Translations under genes and position numbers: made by a program
The notes under the pieces: model-generated
Told to the model about the DNA's origin: nothing
What the model saw: only the letters and a program-made list of their open reading frames with translations
Database searches by the model: none
NCBI GenBank assembly: GCA_964035575.1
Contig: OZ037833.1
Location: 434,001 to 498,000, forward strand
From: Rhynchopus sp. YZ270_cl-10
Taxonomy: Eukaryota
Direction of reading: 5' to 3'
DNA length: 64,000 nucleotides
In this document: positions 13,935 to 25,900 of the stretch, piece by piece
How the letters are laid out: the number at the start of each line of letters is the position of its first letter
Position numbering within the stretch: the stretch's first letter is position 1

Positions 13935-14705
13935 TGGCTTAGAGGAACCTAAGCCTCTCGTGTGCTTAGTCTGATCAGATTGTACTTAATGTTTTGAGCA
14001 TTGGTTCCATCATCAATCAAACTCTCGTGCTTGGTCACCTTTTAAACAATAAAAAAAATTGACTTTTGAAATGTAACTCCTTCTGACCAGTGAACCGGGT
14101 TGGTATATCATCTGATACTGGGTGGACCTCAATCATGCAGTCCTACATCCATTTCGTGGTTTTACATCTGAAAAAAAAAGAAAACAAAAAGAGTTTGAAA
14201 CGTGCTAAAAAAGAAGAACAGTTTATAAGATGATACAAAGCCTCTCTGTGCTTAGTCACCTTGGAAAAAAAAAATGGAATACCAGGTTGGCTTTTCGTTA
14301 CTCTATTTGGGAAGGCAAAAAATGCCGGTTGTAAAATAATAAAATAGGTTGAAAGTGCAAAGTTAGTCAAGGTATGGTGAAAGGCATTTCCTCAGAAAAG
14401 TGTTTGATTATCCCCCGGAGTAACAAAAAAAGAAACGTCCAAGAAACAAAAATGCCTCGTGTGTGCGCACTAAAATAGAGGGAGACAAGAGGGGGACAAA
14501 AACAAGAAGAGGATTGATTTATCAAGATAATCGCCTCTCGTGGTTAGGCACCTTAAGGAAGGAACCTATGATATGTTTCAAAAAGAAAGAAGAAAAAATG
14601 AAAAGAAAATTTTATAAGATGATCCTCATGCCTTCTCATGCTTGGTCACCTTGATCACAAAAAAAAAAAAATGTAAGATGAATGTACCTCTCTCGGACAC
14701 ACTAA
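13935..14705 (-). repeat. Cluster of ~7 degenerate retrotransposon 3'-hairpin stubs (family A)
   Basis: Variants of TAAGATGAACCTAAGCCTCTCGTGCTTAGTCACCTT at ~13944, 14018, 14220, 14450, 14520, 14610 and 14672. Confidence 0.75.
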
Positions 14706-14794
14706 AACACACATCTTTTTCAAAAAAAAAAAGAGAAAAAAGTGAAGTTGATAGTGCAAACGCCTCTGGGACGCAGGCACTGACACTCCGCGGG

Positions 14795-17700
14795 TTATCG
14801 AACCCCGGAGTGATGTGCATGGGTGTGGTTTACAGGGAAGCTGTAAGCAGGTATACAGTCATTACCCCACCCTGATCGGGAAGGGGGGACAGCATGATTT
14901 AAAGATTCAAGAAAAGCACGTGTTTTGGCACACAACACTGGGCGTCTGCTGAATCCGATGAGCGCCGGGGCGCCGACGGAACGGAGGGAGTGCACACGAT
15001 CCCTCTTCACACCAGGGAATGGGGCGCGGCGGAGATTCGCTGTTAAAGCTCGCATGTTAGCCTTGACGATGAGCCTTTGCATGACCCGCCCACGTTCACG
15101 GATATTAGAGGTCTGTTTGGCGAGGAAGACCCTTGTGCGCAATTCGAAGTCGACCGCGAGCTCGACACACGACACGTCGCGGGGTTCTTTGCTCCACTCG
15201 AGCGTAATCACCCACCACAGGAAAGTTTTCAAAGTGAACGCCTCCCTATAGCTGGAGGAAAAACTAGGCCGTAGCTTGGTCAGGTAAGTGCGGAAGGGGG
15301 TATCGCGTTTAGAGGCAGCAAATGTGAGATTCCAAGGATGTACAGCCGGGGCCACATCCGTTGGATTTGAGAGGGTCGTGTCGATCGTGGTGACGGCATC
15401 GAGGAGAAGAGACTGTACCGCCTTCACCGCCACCTTGTTCACATTGGAGGGCACAATGCCGTGCAGCACAAAGCAGGTGGGCAGCCCCTTGCCATAGAGG
15501 CTGATGGCCGACGCATGTAAGGCAGTGAACGCCGCTGTGTGGACAATGCTGCAGTGCCACAGTAGGTGGCGTGTGTGGCATGTAACCTGGATGAGGCACA
15601 AGGGGCATTTATCGCTGAAGTCTGCCTCGGGTAAGCCACTGCGCTTGAGCCCTGCTGGATGGCAGAAGAGGACTCCGCCACACAGAACACGTCGCATCCG
15701 GAAAGCCTTGAGGGGGTCGTGGTACTGTAGGGTGTGCCACAGGGCATTGGTGGCGCGGGTGTCAATGCCGTCGCTTATGCCGTCGTACGTAGGGCGTTTA
15801 CTCTGCAGATCATCCCAGACCGCCGTACGCGCCAGAGCTCGCACTTCATGGGCCCTCTTGGCTTTGTCTGTCCCGATGATGGGGATAGTCTTCGCGGTTG
15901 CAGACGTAGACGTCACTGCCCTCATCTCAGGGTCCCAACTCACGTCACATCTGCGGGAGGCGGCGAGGACAGACCCCACTGGACCAACTGCATGCATAGG
16001 TGTACCCCGGGTTGCCAGGGTCTCGTACCTCTCTCTGATGCTCATGCACCTCTGGCGTATGGCGTCATTGCGTTCCACACTGGCGGCGTAAGCTCTGAAC
16101 GTCCTGCATATTGCACTCGAGAGGGGGTGTGCCACGTGCGCCTTCAGGCAGAGTGTGAGCAGTGCATCCACTGAACGAGTAAGGTAGGTGGGGCCCCAGC
16201 AGCACATCGCCACCGCCGTCGATAATTCATTCATCACTGACTGAGGGGGCATGTTGAAGGCGGACTCATATAACACTGAAGGGAGGATGGCAGAAGTGGC
16301 GATAGACACCTTCTGGGAGAAGGAGAGCTGTGTCGCACCCAAACATGAGAGCGCCCTAATGGCTGACTGGTATACCGTAGCGTTGTAGCGCCCCTTGCTC
16401 CGTAGGGAGCTGTACATCATCACGCCAAGTGAGCGAAGCGACTTAGTTGTCTGGAACACATGATTGTCCTCAGACTTCAGCGTGCATTTGTGGTTCTTCA
16501 GCGATGAGAAGGCATAGGTCTTCGCCATGTTGAGGCGCATGCCTGTGAGGCGGCAGAAGTCCTCCACTCGCAACAGACACGCCCCCACCGAAGCTTCGCT
16601 ATGGCGAGACAGAAGGTATGCGTCGTCAGCAAACGACCGTACAAACGCCTCAGGTACCTCCGCCGTGATGCAGTGCGTCAGGACCGACATCAAGGCGTTG
16701 ATGAGCACCACAGAGAGTGGGCACCCCTGCAGGATCCCATTCGTCACGGAGTACGCCTCTCCTACGCCGGAGGGCAGCTTGAACCGCCGTCTCAACGTGG
16801 CGTACATCGCTCGTATAGGTGTCATGATCCTGGGGTGAAGCCCCATCTTTTCAACAAGATCTAAGGTGAGGCCTTGCGGTACGCGATCGAAGCATTTCGC
16901 AAAGTCTAGTGCCAGTCCGTGTAGCGGTTCGCCACCGAGCAGAGCGTCCTCCATCTGTGTGAAGACGTCATACAGGACATCGTTCGTGCTGTGCTTTGGG
17001 CGGAAGCCATGTTGCGACGGGTGTGCCCATTGTTCCTGCCATTGTTGAACTGCCTGCAGGCGTGCGCAGGCCCATAACCGGTATACCGCACTGGTCACAG
17101 TCACAGGACGTAGCTTCAAGGGGGACTGGTCTTCGCCTTTGGGAAGGAGCGTCACCAGGGCGGTCAACAAGGCTTGTGGCCACACACCGTTCGTTTCTAT
17201 CGTGTTGAACACTCGAGCAAAACCTTCCAGTATGCATAGGGGCATCGCATGAAGTTCCAATGAGCGCCAGCCATCAGTTCCGCAGGCGTCCGTGCGCTTA
17301 CCTTTCCTGTCGAGCGTTCTACGCAAGTCAGCACCACTTAGTGGGTCTAGGGACATCGGGGAATTTGCGACGAAGCTGCCGAAACGTTGCTCGAAAGAGG
17401 CGAGAGTTGGCTCGGGATGGTCGTGGTCGTATAGGTTGAACACTGACTTCCACTCATCACGCAGTAGTTTGTCCATCTCCCTGTGATTGGCCGTAAGCAC
17501 ACCGTCCTCTCCCCGAAGGGCGGAAATAGGAACACCCTGTTTCCCCATGCACCACGCTGTGAGTTTCCGTCGCTCGCTGCTAAAATCCACCTTCAGCTTG
17601 GTGGTGTACTGCTTCTCGCGTTGTAGCCGGGTATTGCGTATCTCGAGGTTCATAAGCGCCTTGGACTTGTTCAACAGAGAGTTAAGGATCTGTAGCTGCT

Positions 17701-19237
17701 TTTCGAGCGCGGGTGGGACTGTCGTCTCCTCGGACCTCAGCAACTTGAGCGTGACTGCGGTGCGGAACACTTTACCCCAGGCGTTACGCACAGGATTCTC
17801 CATCACCCCACCAGGACAAGATTCTGTCTTCGCAATGAGGTCCGTGAGCTTATACTCAAATTTGGCAAGTTGGTCCTGTCGGGGGGAAGACCCACCAACA
17901 GACGCCGGTCGCGTAGGTGCACACACCGGTTTCAGCACAGGATGGGGGATCTTGGAGCGGCCGCAGAACCCTTTGGAGAGCGTGTCACCAGCTGCCTTTG
18001 CCGCGAGCAGGAGAAACTCTTCCCCAGCCAGCGCGATCGCTTCCCACGCATCGTCAATGTCACCGGACGCAAGTGTAGCGGCACAGTTGTGTTGTTGTAG
18101 AAGGTTCTTGCCGACTGTCTCAGCATTCGCCACCGTCCCAAGTTCCGGCATCTGTTTGGGGATGGTATACCGAAGTGTCGACTCTGTAAACACAGAGAGG
18201 CAGAGTCGCACGTTGACGGACTTGTGGCTGGGGATGCAGTTGATACGATGTGTCCAACAGCTATGGACGGCATGTGCAGCGACGCTGTTCAGCAAGATGT
18301 AATCGATACGGGTCCCTGCTGAGTCTTTGCGGGTGAACGTGGCAGGGGGCTTGCCGTCATCCCCAGTGCTGCCCAGGAGCGCGACGTCGCACCAGTCCTT
18401 GGCGAGTGCTTTCCGCAATGTTGGTGATCTTTCCACATCAGTGTTGAGGTCGCCGCACACAATCAACGGAACGTTACCCAGGGTTTCTCGAAACTTCACA
18501 AGCACTGTGTGGAGGAGTTCTTCGCGTGCAGCAACTGTAGCTCTTGGCGTGTCACCTGACGGGGCGTACACATTCACCACATGCAGGAACAGACGGCCGG
18601 AACCAAGCGCTACGCGCGTGTGCACCACACGTTTCCTCAGCTCGGGCTTCAGAGAAGACGTCAGTTCGGTGTCCAGGAACATGATGCCCGGTCTCTTCAG
18701 CATGGTGGCCACTCCCCCACGTTCCCCAATGTGTGGACTGCGGAGGCCATGGACGAGTGTGCCATCCATGGGGGGGCCCCATTCTGGAGACCAGACTGTG
18801 GTGAAGAAGTCGTTCATCTCCAAGATCTTGGACTCGGTCAACTTTGTCTCTTGTAGACACACTATATCGCACTTCAGGTCGCGTATGATATGTGCGTAGT
18901 TCTGTAGGGATGTGCAGTTGATGGTGGTTAGCGTGAGGGTGTTCTCAGCAGCGGAGCAGCACGTACGCGAGGAGGAGGATCTATCCGTTGAAGAGGAAGA
19001 AGAAGAAGCAGAGGTAGAAGAAGATGTGTCTGAGAGTGACGGGGGGAAAACGGGGCGAGGAGAAAACGATGCCAAGGATGATGATGATGATGATGATGAT
19101 GAGGAGGAGGAGGAGGAGGTACGGTTTGGGAAGTGGCGGGGACCAGGGCGCGTTTCGATGCACTCGCGAGGAAGCTGCTCGTAGTTGTAGGCGGCGAGTG
19201 ATTCCGGAAAACGCTTCGTGCTGTTGGTGTGGGGGAG
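14795..19237 (-). CDS. ORF2: apurinic-type endonuclease, reverse transcriptase and CCHC finger
   Basis: APE motifs TINC, CLQET, VYAP, GDLN, RIDY, SH. RT motifs LRPVT, QHGFR, LDFAKCFD, GILQGCPLS, FADD. C-terminal CPLC..H....C. The frame is open from 19237 to the stop at 14795. Confidence 0.95.
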   Translation of the reverse strand, partial: LPHTNSTKRFPESLAAYNYEQLPRECIETRPGPRHFPNRTSSSSSSSSSSSSSSLASFSPRPVFPPSLSDTSSSTSASSSSSSTDRSSSSRTCCSAAENTLTLTTINCTSLQNYAHIIRDLKCDIVCLQETKLTESKILEMNDFFTTVWSPEWGPPMDGTLVHGLRSPHIGERGGVATMLKRPGIMFLDTELTSSLKPELRKRVVHTRVALGSGRLFLHVVNVYAPSGDTPRATVAAREELLHTVLVKFRETLGNVPLIVCGDLNTDVERSPTLRKALAKDWCDVALLGSTGDDGKPPATFTRKDSAGTRIDYILLNSVAAHAVHSCWTHRINCIPSHKSVNVRLCLSVFTESTLRYTIPKQMPELGTVANAETVGKNLLQQHNCAATLASGDIDDAWEAIALAGEEFLLLAAKAAGDTLSKGFCGRSKIPHPVLKPVCAPTRPASVGGSSPRQDQLAKFEYKLTDLIAKTESCPGGVMENPVRNAWGKVFRTAVTLKLLRSEETTVPPALEKQLQILNSLLNKSKALMNLEIRNTRLQREKQYTTKLKVDFSSERRKLTAWCMGKQGVPISALRGEDGVLTANHREMDKLLRDEWKSVFNLYDHDHPEPTLASFEQRFGSFVANSPMSLDPLSGADLRRTLDRKGKRTDACGTDGWRSLELHAMPLCILEGFARVFNTIETNGVWPQALLTALVTLLPKGEDQSPLKLRPVTVTSAVYRLWACARLQAVQQWQEQWAHPSQHGFRPKHSTNDVLYDVFTQMEDALLGGEPLHGLALDFAKCFDRVPQGLTLDLVEKMGLHPRIMTPIRAMYATLRRRFKLPSGVGEAYSVTNGILQGCPLSVVLINALMSVLTHCITAEVPEAFVRSFADDAYLLSRHSEASVGACLLRVEDFCRLTGMRLNMAKTYAFSSLKNHKCTLKSEDNHVFQTTKSLRSLGVMMYSSLRSKGRYNATVYQSAIRALSCLGATQLSFSQKVSIATSAILPSVLYESAFNMPPQSVMNELSTAVAMCCWGPTYLTRSVDALLTLCLKAHVAHPLSSAICRTFRAYAASVERNDAIRQRCMSIRERYETLATRGTPMHAVGPVGSVLAASRRCDVSWDPEMRAVTSTSATAKTIPIIGTDKAKRAHEVRALARTAVWDDLQSKRPTYDGISDGIDTRATNALWHTLQYHDPLKAFRMRRVLCGGVLFCHPAGLKRSGLPEADFSDKCPLCLIQVTCHTRHLLWHCSIVHTAAFTALHASAISLYGKGLPTCFVLHGIVPSNVNKVAVKAVQSLLLDAVTTIDTTLSNPTDVAPAVHPWNLTFAASKRDTPFRTYLTKLRPSFSSSYREAFTLKTFLWWVITLEWSKEPRDVSCVELAVDFELRTRVFLAKQTSNIRERGRVMQRLIVKANMRALTANLRRAPFPGVKRDRVHSLRSVGAPALIGFSRRPVLCAKTRAFLESLNHAVPPSRSGWGNDCIPAYSFPVNHTHAHHSGVR

Positions 19238-19750
19238 TCAGTCGCGCTTAGGTGACGAGGCCGCCCCGGTGAATTGAGGGCGGGAGTAGTCGTGGGATTT
19301 ACCGTCCTGCGCATTCGGGATGTGGATGGCTCCCTTGAACTGCCTCATCTTGCGTGTGGGCCGGTCCTCCGGGACCGTCTCGCGAATGAGCAGGGGTTCG
19401 TGATAGTCCCCTCGCGCTATCTTCGTGAACTGGGGTCGTTCCTGTGCGCACACGATGATCACATGCTGGCGTTTCTTTTTGTATGAGGAGACACACTTGC
19501 AGTCGAATCCCGAAGCCTGGAGGGTTTTGACGATGTCCTCCCTCAGCTCGTACTGGCGCGCTCCGAGGACGGTGTACTTCATCGCCCGAGGGTCCATCAA
19601 CGGCGTCACATTGTTCACCCCAATGTCGTTGACCGCCTCCGCTGTCGCGTAGTTGTTGGTGAGGCGGATGCCGAGGCCCCCCCCGCTGCCGATCACCAGT
19701 CCCAAGGTGGTTTCCTCATGGGAGTTGCAGAACTCCCACGCGTGGTCCAT
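19238..19750 (-). CDS. ORF1 of the retrotransposon (170 aa, unknown function)
   Basis: ATG-started, GC-rich ORF directly upstream of ORF2 and in the same frame. Confidence 0.7.
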   Translation of the reverse strand: MDHAWEFCNSHEETTLGLVIGSGGGLGIRLTNNYATAEAVNDIGVNNVTPLMDPRAMKYTVLGARQYELREDIVKTLQASGFDCKCVSSYKKKRQHVIIVCAQERPQFTKIARGDYHEPLLIRETVPEDRPTRKMRQFKGAIHIPNAQDGKSHDYSRPQFTGAASSPKRD

Positions 19751-19988
19751 TGTGAAAAAAAAAATTCAAAAACAGAAAGTCTCCAATAAGACTTGATGGT
19801 AAAATATATGACTTCTTACTTTTTTGGCCTAAGGACCAAACAACGATGAAATCATCCACATAACATTTCTAATAATTCTATGTTGTTTTGCATCGACACC
19901 CCATTATAGGGAAACGTCATTTTTTTTTGCAAATCTAATATATTCCCCACCCCTTTTTCTAGTTTTAAAATATTTTTGTTTTTTTGTG

Positions 19989-22900
19989 TCACTCCCATGT
20001 TTCATTGTGGATATGAAATCTGAGTCTTCGGCGAAGGAGGTTAAGCTTATCGACACTCTTCCGCACCGCGATTTGCATCGATTTTGGCCCACAAACGACA
20101 ACTGCTGCAGCACGAATCTGCCCGTTTAGCCCAGGAATATCAGGATTTCCAAGCTCATTCTGGACACTGAGGGTTTCGAAAACGTCTGGGTGCTTCGATG
20201 CTGACCCGCCCCCTTGAAAGAGGTTCGGCCTCCCTTGGTACAGGATCTGCACTCGTTGACACCCTAGGGTGTTTGCCTTTGCGTCTGCAATGGACTGCAT
20301 ATGGTCTACATCGCATTGTCCTGGCACCTCTGTCTGTGGAGGCTGCATTTCAACCTCAGCGTTTGTAAGATTCCCTAACAGATTCCCCCCGGTCTCGTGA
20401 AGGTACGCTCTGAAGACGAAGTTCAAATTTGAGGTAGGTTTTTCGTTGTCAACGTCCAACGCCATTCGGATCGTTCCGGTAGGTTGTTGTCCACAGAAGA
20501 GATCGAATAAACGCCGATCCTTCGCCGCCCATACTAAAGTAATCACCTTAGTTCTGCTCACCCCAACCGGAAGTTGCTGTCCCCATCTCGGGTCCAAATA
20601 GTACTCCAACATAGACATCAATGGAGCGGCGCCTAGCCCTCCCGCAATCAATACAACGTGTTCATATCTCCGTACATCAACGCAGGGTGATCCGTACGGT
20701 CCCATAACCCGAATTTTCCCTAATTGGCGAGATTCAGAGTGTTGGTGAACCTTTTGCGACCAGGTTCTCATATGAGGATGTGATGCGATGTGGAAGGTGA
20801 ATGCTGTAGTGGGTTCTCCTCGGAGCGGTTCCATTTGGTCGTCGGCGATGTGGACGGGGCGGCTGGACATGGCAACACTGTGCCAAGAGTAGTCGATGGC
20901 AGGGAAGGAGATGAGAACGTACTGCAACGGAGAGAGCCGGTCGATCCCGAACTCATCGTGGAAAACCGAGTAGTTGGAGACAGCGATCTTCACTTCCACA
21001 GAGCAGACCTGCATATCACCAAAGGTGCCTTCCTGGTATGAGGCAACAGCACTCCGTGTTGACCCATCTTGAAAGCATGATGGCGGCGCGCACCCCATCC
21101 CACCATGCGCAATGCCCCAATGGTAAAGCCAGTACATCACCTCAATAAAAACAAGGACCAAGGTAAAGACTGTGCCATAAATGAGTTTCCAATAGTGAAC
21201 ATGTGCCCAGGTGAATGCCCAGAGAGCACAGAAGAGTTCGAGACGGCGGAAGGCGGTGGGTTTGAACCATTTCTGTTGTAGGGTGAAGATTATTTCATAT
21301 ATCAAATCTACTGAATAGAAGGTATACCATGGTGCACTATAAAGGGTGAAGATGAAAAGGAAAAAAAGCATTTTAGTTTGGTATCTGAACAAGGGGTGGG
21401 AATGACACAAAGGCATACCCTCCTACGTTGGTCTGACATCGCATTGAGCAGGACCACACCAAGCACTCCGAAGAGAGAGAAGAAGCCGGGCAGACCTGCG
21501 TGCCGCCCTGTGGTGCCGTCATCCCAGGACAGTGCATCCGAGGAGTAGTGTGCGATCTGTGTGGTATTGTGAATAGGGTATTTCGGATACTTTACATAAA
21601 TCCGATAGAGAGAGACAATGTGTTGGCTATGTGGGAATGGGAGTGGAGGGAGCGGAAGGAGTTTATTTGATAAAAATTGCAGAATTTAGTTTTCAGGCAT
21701 GTCACCAAAAAGGCGAAGGAGGGTGTGAAGTGTGGGTAATGTACATACCATCCCAATGCCGTGCACCAGCAGCAGCACCAGAAGCAGCCTGCAGTTGAAG
21801 TTATGCCACCTCCGCGCGCGGCGCTTCGTCAACGCGAACATCCACAGTACAGGGGATGAGTTTGTCAGCGGGATGAGGAAGAGAGAAAAGCACAACAGCG
21901 CCCCTGCACCAAAGGCACGTACTTCTGGAGCAGAAAGACGGTCCTGTGTGGAGACGGGTTGTGCGTTGTGTAAAGAGAATAAAAAAACAAAAAAAAACAT
22001 ACCCGAGAGTACTCCTTAGCGTACAACCCTACCCACATCGACACCAACACTATGTACGACAGCACCAAAAACGCCTGAAACGTTGTCAAATGGAACTCCT
22101 CCATGCCCTGTCAGGTGGTATTTTTATTTTTTGAAAATCTTTCTATTGCCATACCTGAAACAACACCGAAACGCGCCACAAAAAGTTTTTCGGTGAATAC
22201 CGTGTAACATAGTACCCCGAGCATGCCATGAGCGTGAGATAGAGCACCGTGAAGTCGATCCACCAATATGGCATGCTTTCTTTGACACAGCTGCTGTCGA
22301 CGGTGCCATCTTCGAAGTGGATGCAGACAGTGCCTTGGGTGGTGTGCATTGCTTGGTCTGCAGGGCCGTAGGCGTAACTCACGTAGTAACTGTTGAGGGA
22401 CGCATTCGCAAGCGAAACATCGGCTACCGCATCGGTTGTCAACAACGGCCGTTTGAACTTCACGGTGTACTTATCGCGCACCCCGGTTTCCTCGAAGGAA
22501 ATGAAGGTAAGCCCTGGAGTGCCCCCTTGCTGAGAGTCAGGCAGCACCGCGCCGTTGTGTTCAACGTCGCCTGCCCAGCAGTCCTGGAGCATTGAATCAT
22601 CTGGGTCGATTGTGATGTCGCGGTCCACCTTCCATACGTCAGTGTTCCGCATGCCCGGTTCAAGGGAAATGCCCACCGCTCCTTGCATCTCTGCCTTCAG
22701 CATGATCGTCACCCAAATCTCCTTCGGGGTGCTTGCAGTATTGACTACCCAACAGAGACGGAATTCGTCTACAACAAAGTCATGACAAAACTTCATTTCC
22801 GGCGACTGTCCTCCTGCGGCAAAGGGCACCGGAGTGGACCCCACCGAGCTTGAGGTGGAGGCGCGGTACGCAACCTGGGTGGATCCTCTGTCGGTGCACT

Positions 22901-25900
22901 GTTGGATTTCTTGCGTCTCAGGGTCGATCCCTCCGTAGCCCCACAGAAGCACCTGGCTTGCCACCAACGGATCAATCGCAAGATCGTCGTACGCAAAGGG
23001 GCTGATCGGGGGGTCCAAAACCACCATCGGGTTGTTTGAAATCCTCGCTAAAACGCTGTAGTCCCCTTGCATGCCTGCTAGCTGGCTTGTGGAGGTAAGG
23101 TTCCCAACCGCGTAGTTAGCATCCACAGGCACCGATACATCCCAGAACAGCGTGCTGTAGAGGGTGTCAGAGGCGCGGGTAAAGGTCTTCGCTTGGGTAA
23201 AAATCGCGTTGTTTGCAACAGGGTCTGCGTTTCTAGTGGGGACAAACTTTTCCTTCAGTGCTAAAGTGTCAACAAGACCGAAGTTGAAGTACGCGATTTT
23301 GACTCCTTCAGCCCATCCGTTCAGTTTTGGTACTGTAGTAGCATCTTGCGGTTCGAGGGAAGAGAGCGGATCGACCACCCAGAGGTTAACTAATTGTTCT
23401 GTGTCGTATGTCTTCCAAGATTCGCGTTGCACGACTTCAAGAACGTCGGAGACTGTGGTGATGCCGCCGAAAGCTTTTGAAACGGGGTCGGTCCCATCGC
23501 CCAGCCAGTTTCGTGGCACCTCCACGATGACCAGCTTGTGTACATCCGAATATACATTTGAGGCGGCCGTATCCTCAAAGGGAACGTTCAATGAGAATGA
23601 CACCGCCACGTCTGACAGCGTTTTGATTGAATCATCGTTTGCCCCCGACGGCAAATTTTCGAACACCGGCGCCAGCGCTGCAACCGCCTCGCCAAACCTA
23701 TACAACGTAGCCCCCGTTTTTGCGTCCTCATTTTGAAGCCCCTCCGCCTCACGCACAGTCACCGCAGTCGGGTGACGGAACACAAACACTCTATCCGCTA
23801 AGGCATGCGTCATATTCCCTGGAACCGCATTGGGGGAAGAATAATACCACAACGGACGGTCCGCATAATAGCCTTTCTCCCTTGATAGAGTGACGAGAGG
23901 CGCTGAACGCGAGGTATGTGACACTGTAGGGCACGTATAGTGCACAACCGGCTGATGGCAGGTACCATTCCAAAAGCAATGCTCCCTCGGGCAGGTCACC
24001 TCGGAGAGCTTCTCGGCACACTCCTTCATGGTGCTGTCCACCGCTGTGATAGGATGCTCATTTGTCCCCTCTGCCAGCCGGATCACCTCAAGGCATGTTC
24101 CTCCTATGGCACGGCTCATGACATAAGAGATTTTGTTTTGTGCGTTAACGACTTTGTACAGTATAGTAGGGTTCGCGAATGCGGTGGAAAATTCGGGGTC
24201 AGAATTTTCAAAATATCCGAAATTGATTCCGGTCAATTCTTGGTTGTTATGGTAAAATGATACGGTCGGGAAGAGGTAACGGTGGGCACGCTCTGCAAGG
24301 ACTGAAGCGGGGTGGATCGCCGGGGTCAAACGGGAGAGAGATGAGGCTACGACAGTCCACGTCTTTTGCAGGGTTTCGGAAAGCAACGCGGATTCCGATT
24401 TTATGGGAAATGCAGTCGCAGCGTAGTCTCCATTCTGAGGGATCTCCACAACAGAAATAGAGTGGAGGTCTGAGTACCCTGCTTGCCCTGCGGAGCGAGA
24501 AACTATCTCATAATTTTGTGCCTCAGCCGCAGTAAAGACAGTTTCATTGAAGCGTAGTGCATAGCTGCTCATTGACGAAATCGGTTGATTGCCTACTGCA
24601 GATTCCAAACTAAATGGAAGCGGGGTGTTCATCAAGGCATAGAAGAACACCCTCAGACCTGGTCTTCCACTGACGTAGGCACTCCGTTTTTCGTAGACCT
24701 TTTTCTCATCCACTTCATTGCTTTGCGTGCTCGCGGAAGGAGCAGATAAAATCGGAAACGCATGAATCGAAGCAGGATTGATCGGATATGTGCTCTGTGA
24801 TAGCAGGTCTGTCGTTGGGTCGAATGTATCTGGTGAATCTGGGGCCGCCCACAGAGTGTGAAATACTGAGTATAGAGGCGATTCGGGTAGGTATGGGAGG
24901 AGGATTTTGCCGGATTTTACACGATATGCACGGAGAACAGTACGAACGGATTGTTCGGCAAGCTGCATGAAGTAAATTTCGTAGCTTTTGTGATACCCTA
25001 CACTCAATGTGACCCCCGACGGCGGCTGTGTCGTTGCAGAGCAGACCGGCCAATGATAATAAATTCCCCCTCTTTTCCGCGCAGGCCACCTCTTTCGCGA
25101 GATATCCAACACCGAGGTAACCTGCTCTGCAGTCTCCCCGGACGGAATCAACACCTCCTGCAGTTCTACCAAATCCGAATACCCCACGACACTTCCATTC
25201 ACGATCCGTTCATTTGCCGGAATCGCCTCGAACACTGGCAACAAATCCAACACCCTTTCATTTTGCAAAAAAATGTACACCCGGTTGACTGGGATCTCAT
25301 AGGTAGATTCATACGGAACGACATTTGTACGTTGCGACGCCTCGGTAGGCAGCGTCAAAGGGTAGCGAAACGAGGCATTCACGACCGGCCAAAAATTGAG
25401 GATCTTCCCCCGGTAGTACCCCACTCTCGGCAGGGCGAGGTTGTACTCCGGGAGCTCCTTCGCCTCCAACATGCTTTGCTCCACCTTTTCATCAATGTCT
25501 AATACAGGATAATTCAACGCCCACGGCATTTCTACCACAGTCATCCCCAACACTGCTGCCTCCGACCGATACAAATCCCCCCCTGGAGCAACCGCAGCCG
25601 GTGCATACACATAGGGACGTACCAGCCCTGTTGTCCCCCCAAATGGCAGCGTATTGAAGACACGCCCATTTTGGGTTGCCACCTCCGTCTCATACACCCT
25701 CCCCGGAACTAAGTCTGCGAGAAGCGGAAGTTGTTGGGTACCCCGCATTAAAACCTCCCACCCTTCGTTGTATGTTTCAAATGGTGAGGAGTAAGTCCGT
25801 GCATTAATTGCACCCCATCTCGGAACCTCACCTTGAGAAACAAAGAGACACTCAATAGTGGTGTCGTTCCAATACCATGAGAGGCGTGGGATTGCGAAGG

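Larger units (their letters stand above)
14747..19751 (-). mobile_element. Non-LTR retrotransposon (APE-RT LINE), apparently complete
   Basis: ORF1 plus APE-RT-CCHC ORF2, a 3' stem-loop at 14750-14780, and a candidate TSD GTGAA (14742-14746, 19752-19756) inside an A-rich tract. Confidence 0.9.

Noticed and set aside
14747..14794. 3' hairpin as a SECIS recoding the in-frame TGA
   Set aside because: No AUGA/GA quartet or apical AA motif on the sense strand.
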